Source: Oscillospiraceae bacterium (GTDB lineage: Bacteria > Bacillota > Clostridia > Oscillospirales > Acutalibacteraceae). Taken from it: a DNA stretch of 64,000 bases. The translations under genes were made by a program, and so were the position numbers. The notes under the pieces were generated by a model. It did not search any database, had not been told where the DNA came from, and worked only from the letters and a program-made list of their open reading frames with translations. The DNA is taken from NCBI GenBank assembly GCA_031261445.1, contig JAISJQ010000025.1, positions 14,635 to 78,634 on the forward strand, in the 5' to 3' direction. Shown piece by piece: positions 8,879 to 17,561 of this stretch. The stretch's first letter is position 1; each line of letters opens with the position of its first letter.

Positions 8879-9688
8879 ATGAAAACGAAGTCAAAAAAAG
8901 TCAAATTCGTGTTGGCGGTTGCGCTGGCGGTTGTGGTGGTTGGGGTTGGGGCGGCTTTGTATTTTTCGGAGGATAAGGTTGTGCCGGAGGATGTAAAGAA
9001 CGTGGCGACTGTCGTGGTTATCGCGGGGGAAGAGTACTTGTCGGACGAAACAAGTCTAGTGTTGCCCTATACGGGTCTGACAGATGGAGATGTTGAAATT
9101 ATCGCCAATAGCTTTACTGATTTGGAACTGCTAGATATTTCAGACAATCCCAAGATTACGAATATTGCGCCGCTAGCTAAATTGAAAACGCTGAAAGACC
9201 TATCAGTCTACACCACGCAGGTTTCGGATGTTTCAGCAATCGGCGAACTGACGGAGCTAGAGAGTTTGGTTCTTGGAACCAGCAAAATACAGGACATAAC
9301 CCCTTTGGCGAAGCTGAAAAATCTAACGTTTTTAACTCTTTACAATAAGGAAGTTTCAGATCTTTCCCCTCTGTCCAAGCTGACACAGTTAAAAACTTTA
9401 CATGTAGGATCTGTATACACGAAGACACTTACAGATTTGCGCCCTTTGGCCGCCCTGACCAATCTTACCTATCTTGGTATAATTGAAGCTCCCGGCGTCA
9501 AAGACATTTCGCCTCTTGCTGACCTGAAAAACTTGGATGAATTGCATTTGTCAGACCTAAACATCAGCGATCTAAGTTCTATTGCTGGTCTAACAAGACT
9601 TAAGAAATTGTATTTATACAACAACAAAACCTCCGTCACCGACTGGTCGCCTGTGGCGCACGTGCCAGACGTTGACGGTCGCCCATAA
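8879..9688 (+). CDS. membrane-anchored leucine-rich-repeat (internalin-like) protein
   Basis: N-terminal TM helix, then about 8 LRR units of 22 aa (LxxLxxLxLxxTxVSDISPL). GC is visibly lower than in the neighbours. Confidence 0.75.
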   Translation: MKTKSKKVKFVLAVALAVVVVGVGAALYFSEDKVVPEDVKNVATVVVIAGEEYLSDETSLVLPYTGLTDGDVEIIANSFTDLELLDISDNPKITNIAPLAKLKTLKDLSVYTTQVSDVSAIGELTELESLVLGTSKIQDITPLAKLKNLTFLTLYNKEVSDLSPLSKLTQLKTLHVGSVYTKTLTDLRPLAALTNLTYLGIIEAPGVKDISPLADLKNLDELHLSDLNISDLSSIAGLTRLKKLYLYNNKTSVTDWSPVAHVPDVDGRP

Positions 9689-9707
9689 CCCACCCTAGGA
9701 GTCCCCC

Positions 9708-10271
9708 ATGCAATACGATCTTTACGACTTTGACGGCACGGTTTACAGCAAGGAAACCGAGAGCCAGTTTTACCTTTACTGCCTGCTGCGGCGGCCATAC
9801 ATCTTGCCGCTGCTCCCCTTTCAGCTGCTGAGCCTGGTCTGCCGCTTCACCGCCCGCGCCCGTGCGCAGTGGATGGCGCGTTGGTTCTGCTTCCTGCGCT
9901 TCGTGGACGGTCCAAAGCTGGCCGCGCGATTTTGGGCGGCGCACAAACGCTACATCCGCCTCATCGACGACCCCGCTTCGCGCCCGCGCCCTGTCGCCAT
10001 TTGTAGCACGACGCCCGTGTTTTTGCTCGCGCCCGTCTGCGCCATGTTTGGCGTGGACTGCGTCATCGGTACGGACATTGACCCGCGCACGGGACGCTCC
10101 ACGGGGGACATCCTGCGCGGACAAGCCAAAGTGCCCGCGATTCACGCCGCACTGCCGGACGCACAGTTCGTCCGCGCGTACTCTGACCGCCCAGTGCTGG
10201 ACGCGCCCATGCTCGCGCTGGCGCAGGAACAATATCAGGTACACAAAGATGGGTCACTTACACGGCTGTAG
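9708..10271 (+). CDS. HAD-IB family hydrolase/phosphatase
   Basis: N-terminal DFDGT nucleophile motif, 187 aa. AGGAG RBS. Confidence 0.6.
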   Translation: MQYDLYDFDGTVYSKETESQFYLYCLLRRPYILPLLPFQLLSLVCRFTARARAQWMARWFCFLRFVDGPKLAARFWAAHKRYIRLIDDPASRPRPVAICSTTPVFLLAPVCAMFGVDCVIGTDIDPRTGRSTGDILRGQAKVPAIHAALPDAQFVRAYSDRPVLDAPMLALAQEQYQVHKDGSLTRL

Positions 10272-10280
10272 GCGACTGTT

Positions 10281-10424
10281 GTAGGGGCGCGCGCCCCTGC
10301 GCGCCCGCTGTCAGAAACATGAAGCCTGTAGGGGCGGCAATCTGCCGCCCGCTGAGTTTGTAGGAAGCAGCGGGCAGATTTTCGGGCGCAATTCTGCCCT
10401 CTGTCTTCTGATTTCTTCCCTCTG
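10281..10424. repeat. two REP-like hairpins, conserved linker, and a CTCTG-type heptad array
   Basis: GTAGGGGCGCGC..GCGCGCCCGC (10281-10308), GTAGGGGCGGCAatcTGCCGCCCGC (10328-10352), GCGCAATTCTGCCCTCTG.. (10385-10424). Confidence 0.85.
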
Positions 10425-10448
10425 AAATGTGATGGAATTTATCGAAAC

Positions 10449-10477
10449 TTGTATTCTTGCGGGATATCTGTTATAAT
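10449..10477 (+). promoter_or_regulatory. promoter of LCP gene
   Basis: TTGTAT, 17-nt spacer, TATAAT (10472-10477) with TGT extension. Confidence 0.55.
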
Positions 10478-10510
10478 ACGCGCGAACAGCAAACGGAGGC
10501 GAGGCATCCA

Positions 10511-12001
10511 ATGTCGAAAAAAACAGACACCCAAAGCATAAAAGAGCCCAAAAGCCGGAAAACACCCAAAGATTGGGCACGCGCTGTGCGCACATTTTTC
10601 CTGTCCATCCCCGGGAGAATCACGGCGTTCATCCAACCCAACGGCAAGTTCAGCAAGAAGAACATTGCCATTCTGGCCACGAGCATCTTGCTGGTGATTG
10701 CGCTGATTGTGGGCGCGGTCTTCGGCGGCATTGCGCTCTGGGGCAGCACGGACGATGACCCGTCCAACACCACGATTGAAGAGGAAGAGAACGACGACTT
10801 CCCCAGCGACAAGTACGGTCTGAGCGATGCGGGGAGCTTGAACGAGCTGCTCCGCGCGTGGGCGCAGACGGGCACACCTGTGCAACAGAACTACGTGATC
10901 AACGTGCTGCTCATCGGCGTGGACAGCCGCAAAGAGGGTGGCGAAGGGCGCAGTGACGCGATGATTTTGGTGTCTGTCAACAAACAGACGAAGAAAATCA
11001 CGCTGGCATCCTTCCCCCGCGATAGCTACACCTATATGCAGATTAAGGGCGAGGATCGCTACGACAAAGTCAACCACTCTTATGTTTGGGGCGGCGCGGA
11101 CGCGCTTGTGCCCACCCTTGAGAACGCCTACAAAATCAAGATCGATCACTGGGCGGCGGTGGATTTCGTCACGTTCAGCCGCGTGGTGGATATCCTCGGC
11201 GGCGTGAACATCACCGTCACCGAGGCGGAATCCAAAGAAGTCAACAACCACCCCAAAACCTATGGCAAAGTCACCCTGCCCTTTGGTGAAAACATCAAGC
11301 TCAACGGGCGGCAAGCCCTCACCTTCAGCCGCATTCGGCATTTGGGCAGCGACGTGGCACGCACCGAGCGTCAACGCAAAATGATCACCCAGCTCATCGG
11401 CAAGGCCAAGGGCGCGTCGCTGGATCAACTGACCAAAATCGCGGGGGAACTGCTCAAAAATGTGAAGACGGACATTGGTTTGGTGGACTTCACGGCGCTG
11501 GGCACGCAGGCACTGAGCGGCGGCTGGGCGGGCTTTGACATCGCTTCGTTGGAAGTGCCCGACAGCAGTTTGCGCCTGCCCACCCTCTTGCCGGGCACGT
11601 ATGCCAACCCCAATCGCAACATTTCTGTGTACGTCATTGACTACCCGCGCGGCGCGTATGACCTGCAGATGCGGCTGTATGGGCAATCCAACATCGTCAT
11701 TGACGAGAACACGCCCAATGCGCTGGCACTGCTCAGTCCCCCGCCGAAACCGACCAATCCGCCCACGGTGTATGTCCCGCGCACAGTTGCGCCCACTGTG
11801 CCCAACGTCAGCGCGGTCAAACCCAGTGCACCAGCACCCGCCAGCTCTGCCGTCAAGCCGTCCGCGACCACACCCGCGCAATCCACCACGCCGAGCGTCC
11901 CCGTCACAAAGCCGAGCACCGCGCCGACGATTCCGCCCGTCACCACAACGCCCACGAAACCCGCGACAGTGCCCAGCACCGCACCCGCTCCGTTGGGCTG
12001 A
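10511..12001 (+). CDS. LytR-CpsA-Psr (LCP) family cell-envelope transferase with Pro/Thr/Ser-rich C-terminus
   Basis: ATG 10511 behind GGAGG. TM helix. VLLIGVDSR..GRSDAMILVSVN..SFPRDSY LCP core. Confidence 0.85.
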   Translation: MSKKTDTQSIKEPKSRKTPKDWARAVRTFFLSIPGRITAFIQPNGKFSKKNIAILATSILLVIALIVGAVFGGIALWGSTDDDPSNTTIEEEENDDFPSDKYGLSDAGSLNELLRAWAQTGTPVQQNYVINVLLIGVDSRKEGGEGRSDAMILVSVNKQTKKITLASFPRDSYTYMQIKGEDRYDKVNHSYVWGGADALVPTLENAYKIKIDHWAAVDFVTFSRVVDILGGVNITVTEAESKEVNNHPKTYGKVTLPFGENIKLNGRQALTFSRIRHLGSDVARTERQRKMITQLIGKAKGASLDQLTKIAGELLKNVKTDIGLVDFTALGTQALSGGWAGFDIASLEVPDSSLRLPTLLPGTYANPNRNISVYVIDYPRGAYDLQMRLYGQSNIVIDENTPNALALLSPPPKPTNPPTVYVPRTVAPTVPNVSAVKPSAPAPASSAVKPSATTPAQSTTPSVPVTKPSTAPTIPPVTTTPTKPATVPSTAPAPLG

Positions 12002-12090
12002 GCCATCGGTAGATTCTGCCAAACGGCGCATGTATTTTGTCGTGTTTCTCGTCCATGCTAAGGACAAACCAGTAGCAGGAGTGACGAGAA

Positions 12091-12273
12091 ATGGATATGC
12101 AAGACGCGGCATGGCAACAGTTTATGCAAAGCGGCCAAGTGACGGATTATCTCCAGTATTGCAACGTGCGCAACATGGTCGTGGGCACGGCGCAGCACGT
12201 CAGGAAAGGCAAGCAGAATGCATCTCGACTGCCCCGGACTCGTTCTGGCGGCCAAGGATACGGCGGAAAATGA
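12091..12273 (+). CDS. YqzL-family small protein (tentative)
   Basis: AGGAG RBS. AWQQFMQSGQVTDYLQY resembles the YqzL motif, and the position upstream of recO matches Bacillus. The 3' end overlaps recO by 55 nt, so its extent is uncertain. Confidence 0.45.
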   Translation: MDMQDAAWQQFMQSGQVTDYLQYCNVRNMVVGTAQHVRKGKQNASRLPRTRSGGQGYGGK

Positions 12274-12970
12274 CCGCTTGCTGACCATCCTCACGGCAGA
12301 CGTGGGGGTGGTCACTGCGTTTGCCAACGGTGCGCGGCGGCGCAATTCCCGCCTACAGGCCGCCGTGCAGGCTCTGTGCTATGGCGATTTTTCCCTCTAC
12401 CGCCGCCGGGATACTTACACCGTGGACGATGCACGCGCCCAAAACGTCTTCTTTGGTCTGCGTGCCGACCTGACCCGCCTCGCGCTAGCGCAATATTTCT
12501 GCGCACTGGCGACGGTTTTAGCACCCGCCGAACACGGCGGCGCGGACTTTTTGCAGCTACTCCTGCTCGCGCTGACCTGTCTGGATAAACAGCGGCACGC
12601 GCCGGTACTCATTAAACCCGCCGTGGAACTGCGCCTACTGTCCCTTGCGGGGTGGACACCCGATCTCTCCCGTTGCCGCGTCTGCGGCGCGGACACACTA
12701 GCGGGCGATTTTGTCACGCTGGATCTGCACGAAGGCAATTTCATCTGTGCGGACGAACCGCCGCAGGCGGGCGAGCGCATCGGGTTGGGCGTGCTTTCCG
12801 CCATGCGCCACATCTGCGACGCGCCCTTGCGGCGACTATTCGCCTTCACCCTGCCCGCGCCGAGCCTGGCGCGTCTGGGCGAAGTGTGCGAGGCACTGGT
12901 GCGCGTGCACATCCCAGAGCGTACCCGCGCGGTGTGGGACACGCTGGCGTTTTATCAGGAGCTGTGCTGA
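12218..12970 (+). CDS. recO: DNA repair protein RecO
   Basis: 250 aa. N-terminal OB region (GLVLAAKDTAENDRLLTILT..GARRRNSR) and Cys4 zinc motif (CRVCG..C). Confidence 0.85.
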   Translation: MHLDCPGLVLAAKDTAENDRLLTILTADVGVVTAFANGARRRNSRLQAAVQALCYGDFSLYRRRDTYTVDDARAQNVFFGLRADLTRLALAQYFCALATVLAPAEHGGADFLQLLLLALTCLDKQRHAPVLIKPAVELRLLSLAGWTPDLSRCRVCGADTLAGDFVTLDLHEGNFICADEPPQAGERIGLGVLSAMRHICDAPLRRLFAFTLPAPSLARLGEVCEALVRVHIPERTRAVWDTLAFYQELC

Positions 12971-12982
12971 GCGGCAAAACTC

Positions 12983-13011
12983 TTGCGCAAATGCGCAAAA
13001 CATGTTATAAT
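12983..13011 (+). promoter_or_regulatory. promoter of dnaA
   Basis: TTGCGC (12983-12988), 17-nt spacer, TATAAT (13006-13011). Confidence 0.6.
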
Positions 13012-13045
13012 ATTCGGCGGAACAAAGTTGCGGGAGGGGACGAGC

Positions 13046-14347
13046 ATGGACAGCTTTATGGGCGACATTTGGCCCATGGTGCAAAAGGCGCTCAAGGAGA
13101 GTGTGTCGGAGATCACCTATAGCGTGTGGCTTTCCGACTTGCATGTGCAGGAATTCGACGAAGACCATGCGGTTCTCTACACCAGCGCGTTCAAAAAACA
13201 GCTGATTGAGAAGAAATTTGCCGAGCAACTCGATGCCGCGTTCGCGCGCGTGTTGGGCTTTTCCATTCGTGTGAGCATCATCGCCGACCCCGCCGAAGCC
13301 ACACCCAGCAAACCCGCGAAAACCGCCGCGCCACCCATGGTTTTGCAGACATTCGACAGCTTCGTCGTCGGCGATTCCAATAAGTTCGCCCACGCGGCGG
13401 CCGTCGCCGTGGCGGGGCGTCCGGGAGAAGTGTACAATCCGCTGTTCATTTGGGGGCACTCTGGCCTTGGCAAAACGCACTTGATGCAGGCAATTTTACA
13501 CGAAATCCGCATCAAACGGCCGGACGTGCGCATGATTTCAACCACTGGCGAAGCCTTCGCCAACGAGCTCATCAGTCACATTTACGCGAAAAATATGGAA
13601 GCGTTTCACAATAAATTTCGCGGCGTAGATGTCTTGCTGGTCGATGACGTGCAGTTCATTGGCGGCAAGGAGAGCACGCAAGAGGAATTTTTTCACACAT
13701 TCAACGAAATCACCAACAGCGGCGGACAAATCGCGCTGGTCAGTGACCGCCCACCCAAGGAGATCGCCACGCTCGATGAGCGACTGCGCACGCGCTTTGA
13801 AATGGGGCTCATTGCCGACATCGCGCCGCCCGATCTAGAGACCCGCACGGCCATTGTGCAACGCAAGGCGCGGGAAATCGGTGTGGACTTTCCGCCCGAA
13901 ATCTGCACCTTCATTGCCGAAAAACTTCACGCCAATGTGCGGCAGTTGGAGGGCGCGGCGCGGAAACTCCACGCGCACCTTGTCCTCAGCGGGCGGGAAC
14001 TGACACGGCAGACGGCAGAGCTGGCCATCCGCGATGTGCTGGAGGAATCCGCCCCGCCGGGCGTGACGGTGGAGCGCATTATTGAAGAAATTGCACGCGC
14101 CTATGGCGGTTCGCCTGAGATGATTCGTGGAAAAAAACGCGATGCCCGCACGGTGCTCATGCGTCAGGCGGCCATTTACTGTGCGCGACAGGCCACACCG
14201 CTTTCCATGCAGGAAATCGGCAAAGAGTTTGGCGGGCGCGACCACTCAACGGTCTTGCACTCGCTGAAAACCTGCGATTACGAAATGAAAAACAACGCCC
14301 AACTGCGAGCGGTGGTCAACGATGTGCTGAAGAATATTCGGGAGTGA
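13046..14347 (+). CDS. dnaA: chromosomal replication initiator protein DnaA
   Basis: ATG 13046 behind GGGAGGGG. GHSGLGKTHL Walker A, LLVDDVQF Walker B, and domain IV GGRDHSTVLH signature. Confidence 0.93.
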   Translation: MDSFMGDIWPMVQKALKESVSEITYSVWLSDLHVQEFDEDHAVLYTSAFKKQLIEKKFAEQLDAAFARVLGFSIRVSIIADPAEATPSKPAKTAAPPMVLQTFDSFVVGDSNKFAHAAAVAVAGRPGEVYNPLFIWGHSGLGKTHLMQAILHEIRIKRPDVRMISTTGEAFANELISHIYAKNMEAFHNKFRGVDVLLVDDVQFIGGKESTQEEFFHTFNEITNSGGQIALVSDRPPKEIATLDERLRTRFEMGLIADIAPPDLETRTAIVQRKAREIGVDFPPEICTFIAEKLHANVRQLEGAARKLHAHLVLSGRELTRQTAELAIRDVLEESAPPGVTVERIIEEIARAYGGSPEMIRGKKRDARTVLMRQAAIYCARQATPLSMQEIGKEFGGRDHSTVLHSLKTCDYEMKNNAQLRAVVNDVLKNIRE

Positions 14348-14353
14348 CGCGCC

Positions 14354-17029
14354 TCAACGCAAGGGCGCGAGCAACTCTTGCGCCATGTCGGGATTTTCCA
14401 CGCGCATGAACATGCCGTCCTGTCCGCCGCCGTACCACACGATGATGCCATCCACGATGCAAAAGCGGCCACGGGCACTTTCTTTTTGTAGCACCTGCAC
14501 CCCAGCGCCGCGCAACGTCTGTAGACAGGCCGTCTGCGCCTCGCCGCGCACGGGGCGCGTCACCACCACGGGGCGTGCGCCCTGCACTTTTGCCGTGGTC
14601 AGCCACGGCAAAAGCTGTGTGATTTGCGCCTCGCTGAGCGTTGGCGCGACGACGACAATGCCCTTTTTGGCGCCCTGTATGTCCCGCGCAAAAACGGGGG
14701 CGTAGGTGTCGGCGTCAAAAAACGTGCCGATTTTTTCCACGTTTTGCGCTTCCCGCGTGTGATATTGCATGGCGGCATAACCCGCCGCACGCTTGGCGTA
14801 CATGCGCTCGAGCATCACAACCTGGGTGTCCACATAGTCGTAAATCATCACATCGCTTTTGCTCGGATGTGTGCGGTGCAGGCGACCGGCGTACTGCTGG
14901 AGCGTGCCTTTCCATGCAATAGGCGTGGCCAAAAACAGCGTATCCAGGCGCGGCTCATCGAAGCCCTCGCCCACAAATTGCCCAGTGGCCACCAAACAAA
15001 ACGGCTCGCCGTCTGGAATCGCTTGTAGTCGCTCCACGGCCTCGCGCTTTTCTTTGGCACTCGCCTTGCCCGTCAGTTCAATCACATTGTCACAAAAAGC
15101 GGAAATCATCGTGGAAAGCGCGTGCACGTGCGCCACAGATTTGCTCAAGACAAGCGGCGTGCGCCCCTCCGCTAGCGCGGCGCAGACATCCGACACAATC
15201 AACTTATTGCGCACCGGGTCATCGGCCAGCGCGTTATACAGCTGCGCAATTTTCAGGTCGTTCGGGTTCATGTGCAGCGGCACTTGAAACGCCGTAAAGC
15301 GCGGCACAAGAAAACGCGCAAGCCCCGTGATTTCCGCCTGCTTGGCCGCATTGACACGGTGACGAATGGGACCACATTGCATGAAGATGATGGGCGTCAG
15401 ACCGTCCGAACGCGCGGGTGTGGCCGATAGGCCATAGACGTGGCGTGCCGTCACAGCACCCAGAATACGCTCGAAACTCACAGCGGAAACATGGTGGCAT
15501 TCGTCCACAATCACCATGCCATAATCGCGCACAAGCCCCTTCACCTCGTCGCCCTCGGCCAGCGACTGCATCACCGCAATATCCACCTTGCCGTAGAGCG
15601 CATTTTTGCCGCCGCCCAGCTGTCCAATGTGGCTCGGGCGTTTGCGCGGCACGATGGGCAAGGGCTCGTCGAAAACCAAAAAGCTCTCCAACGCCTTTTT
15701 CCACTGGTTCAGCAATGCCGTGGTGTGCACCAAAATCAGCGTGTTGACCTGCCGTTGGGCGATGAGATACGCGCCCACCACCGTTTTGCCAAAGGCCGTG
15801 GTGGCACTGAGCACGCCATTTTCGTGCCGGAGCATGGCCGCCGCCGCCGGCGTTTGTTCCGGGCGCAGCTCGCCACTGAACGTCACATTTACATGCCGCC
15901 CATCCGTGCGTTTATCCAACAGACTGTAGGGCGCGTGCGCCTCGTCCAGCAGGGCGCACAAATCCTGTGCACAGCCCCGCGGGAGGAGCAGGTAGTCCGC
16001 TGTCTCGTCTGCGCAGCAGACGATGCGTGGCAGTGTGCCCACCGTGGGCAAGCGCATGGCCACCGCCTTCGCCCACGCCGGATTGCGGAACGCCGCCAAC
16101 CGCTTGATGCGCCCCAGCGCTCGCTCGCTCACGCCCCCTTTGGGGATGTAGAGCCGATTGGCGTGCACGATCTCCAGCGCGGCGGGGAAGTCGGCGGGCG
16201 TCAGGGGGGGCGGCGGGGGGGCGGCTTCCCACGGGGTTTTGTCCTCTGGGTCGGGACTGAGAACGCCCAGTTCTGATCCGCCGATTTTGCGAATCACCTC
16301 CTGCACATCGTCTGGGCTGAGTCGCTCAACGCGTGACAAATAGTCCCACTGATCGGGGTATGCTTCGAGATTGTCATCCACAAACAAGCTATTGCCCGCT
16401 TTGCGCATTTTGCCTTGGAGTGGCAACGCGATCAGGTTGCCCAAACCGCCGCGGGGCACGCTGTCCTGGTTGGGGAAGAGGCGGTCGTAGCTCTCGAACG
16501 GGATCTCGTGCCGCTTGCCCATGGCAAACGTGAGCAGGGCTGAGCCAAAACGCCGCGCTTGCACCGCCGGGATTTTCTCGTCAAAAAAGAACCACACATG
16601 CGCCCCGTTGCCCGAACGCGAACGCTCCACCGCTGGGTGCAGTTCCAGCTCCTCGCAGGCCAAACGAAAGGCGGCCACGTCTTTTTTCCACGCGGATTTG
16701 TCGAAATCCAGCGCAAGAAAGTGGCAACAGTCGTCCAGCGTTAAGGGGTAGATGCCGACAACGTCTGCGCCGATGGGGCTTTTACCCGCTAGGTGGTCGT
16801 AGAGCACTTTTTCGCTCAGACGCATGAAGCTGCGGTGGGGGCACTCGGCACAACGGTGTGCTTTTTTGTCGCACAGCCCCCGCACCCATTCGTTGCGGCA
16901 GACCGGCGCGTAGCCGCTTTTGCCCGTGCGTTGGTTCTCCCAGCGTTTGGCGTACACGTCTTCGCGCCCACGAAACAAGCCCATAAAGAGGGCGACTTTC
17001 TCGTCCGTACTGCTTTTGTTGGTGACCAT
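14354..17029 (-). CDS. fusion protein: N-terminal archaeo-eukaryotic primase (PrimPol)-like domain, SF2 DExH helicase, C-terminal degenerate PLD-like domain
   Basis: AGGAGG RBS. AEP-type motifs LALDFD (DxD), SGNGAHVWFFF (sGxGxH) and YDRLFPNQD. Helicase motifs TAFGKT, VDECHH, LSATP and QYAGRLHR. The C-terminal ~130 aa resemble a PLD-fold repeat without HKD. Confidence 0.8.
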   Translation of the reverse strand: MVTNKSSTDEKVALFMGLFRGREDVYAKRWENQRTGKSGYAPVCRNEWVRGLCDKKAHRCAECPHRSFMRLSEKVLYDHLAGKSPIGADVVGIYPLTLDDCCHFLALDFDKSAWKKDVAAFRLACEELELHPAVERSRSGNGAHVWFFFDEKIPAVQARRFGSALLTFAMGKRHEIPFESYDRLFPNQDSVPRGGLGNLIALPLQGKMRKAGNSLFVDDNLEAYPDQWDYLSRVERLSPDDVQEVIRKIGGSELGVLSPDPEDKTPWEAAPPPPPLTPADFPAALEIVHANRLYIPKGGVSERALGRIKRLAAFRNPAWAKAVAMRLPTVGTLPRIVCCADETADYLLLPRGCAQDLCALLDEAHAPYSLLDKRTDGRHVNVTFSGELRPEQTPAAAAMLRHENGVLSATTAFGKTVVGAYLIAQRQVNTLILVHTTALLNQWKKALESFLVFDEPLPIVPRKRPSHIGQLGGGKNALYGKVDIAVMQSLAEGDEVKGLVRDYGMVIVDECHHVSAVSFERILGAVTARHVYGLSATPARSDGLTPIIFMQCGPIRHRVNAAKQAEITGLARFLVPRFTAFQVPLHMNPNDLKIAQLYNALADDPVRNKLIVSDVCAALAEGRTPLVLSKSVAHVHALSTMISAFCDNVIELTGKASAKEKREAVERLQAIPDGEPFCLVATGQFVGEGFDEPRLDTLFLATPIAWKGTLQQYAGRLHRTHPSKSDVMIYDYVDTQVVMLERMYAKRAAGYAAMQYHTREAQNVEKIGTFFDADTYAPVFARDIQGAKKGIVVVAPTLSEAQITQLLPWLTTAKVQGARPVVVTRPVRGEAQTACLQTLRGAGVQVLQKESARGRFCIVDGIIVWYGGGQDGMFMRVENPDMAQELLAPLR

Positions 17030-17069
17030 GCGCCCTCCTTTCGGTGTTCTCGACAGAATCTCTGTAAAG

Positions 17070-17561
17070 CTATTGAGCTTTACACGTGGTCAGCACGTAC
17101 CCGTCGCGCGTCTGCGTCTCAAAGCGCAGATTCGGCAACACAAGCACCGAAAACGATGCCAGCGGGCGGCTGAGCCCGTCCCCCGTGTACTTCAGATACG
17201 CCTCTTTCTGCGTCCAGATCTGAAAAAAACGCTGGGCATCCTCCCCCACGAACGCGGCCTCGTCCGGAGCGAAATTGCGCCGCGCAATGCGAAAATCTGG
17301 CGCACGCAGTCGCTCCACGTCCACACCAATGGGGGTGTCGCTCACCGCCAACGCCAACGCCGCGCCGCTGTGGGACAGGTTGAAGTGAAAGCCCGGCGCG
17401 TCGACAAAATAGGGCTTGCCGTGGGGTTCGCGCCGACAGTCCAGCGCATCGGCGGGGTGACCCGTGTGCTGGGCACACAGTGCCCGCGCGAGGGCGTACC
17501 CACGCGCGGAAAGCGTTTTGGTGTCTGCACCGGGGTACAGCTCGAAGAGCAGACGCTGCAT
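17070..17561 (-). CDS. Sfp-type 4'-phosphopantetheinyl transferase
   Basis: FHFNLSHSG, GVDVE and WTQKEAYLK motifs. ATG 17561 overlaps the upstream stop (ATGA). Confidence 0.85.
   Translation of the reverse strand: MQRLLFELYPGADTKTLSARGYALARALCAQHTGHPADALDCRREPHGKPYFVDAPGFHFNLSHSGAALALAVSDTPIGVDVERLRAPDFRIARRNFAPDEAAFVGEDAQRFFQIWTQKEAYLKYTGDGLSRPLASFSVLVLPNLRFETQTRDGYVLTTCKAQ

Noticed and set aside
10439-12112. 557-aa minus-strand ORF opposite the LCP gene. Similar long antisense ORFs lie at 6116..7378, 21775..23028, 36327..37769, 39737..40147 and 54387..55781.
   Set aside because: These are typical high-GC antisense shadow ORFs. They are rich in Arg/Ala/Gly/His, have no recognisable motifs and no RBS, and each lies opposite a gene with strong family signatures.
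12971-13045. oriC in the recO-dnaA spacer.
   Set aside because: The spacer is only 75 bp and contains a promoter and RBS. It has no DnaA boxes and no AT-rich unwinding element.
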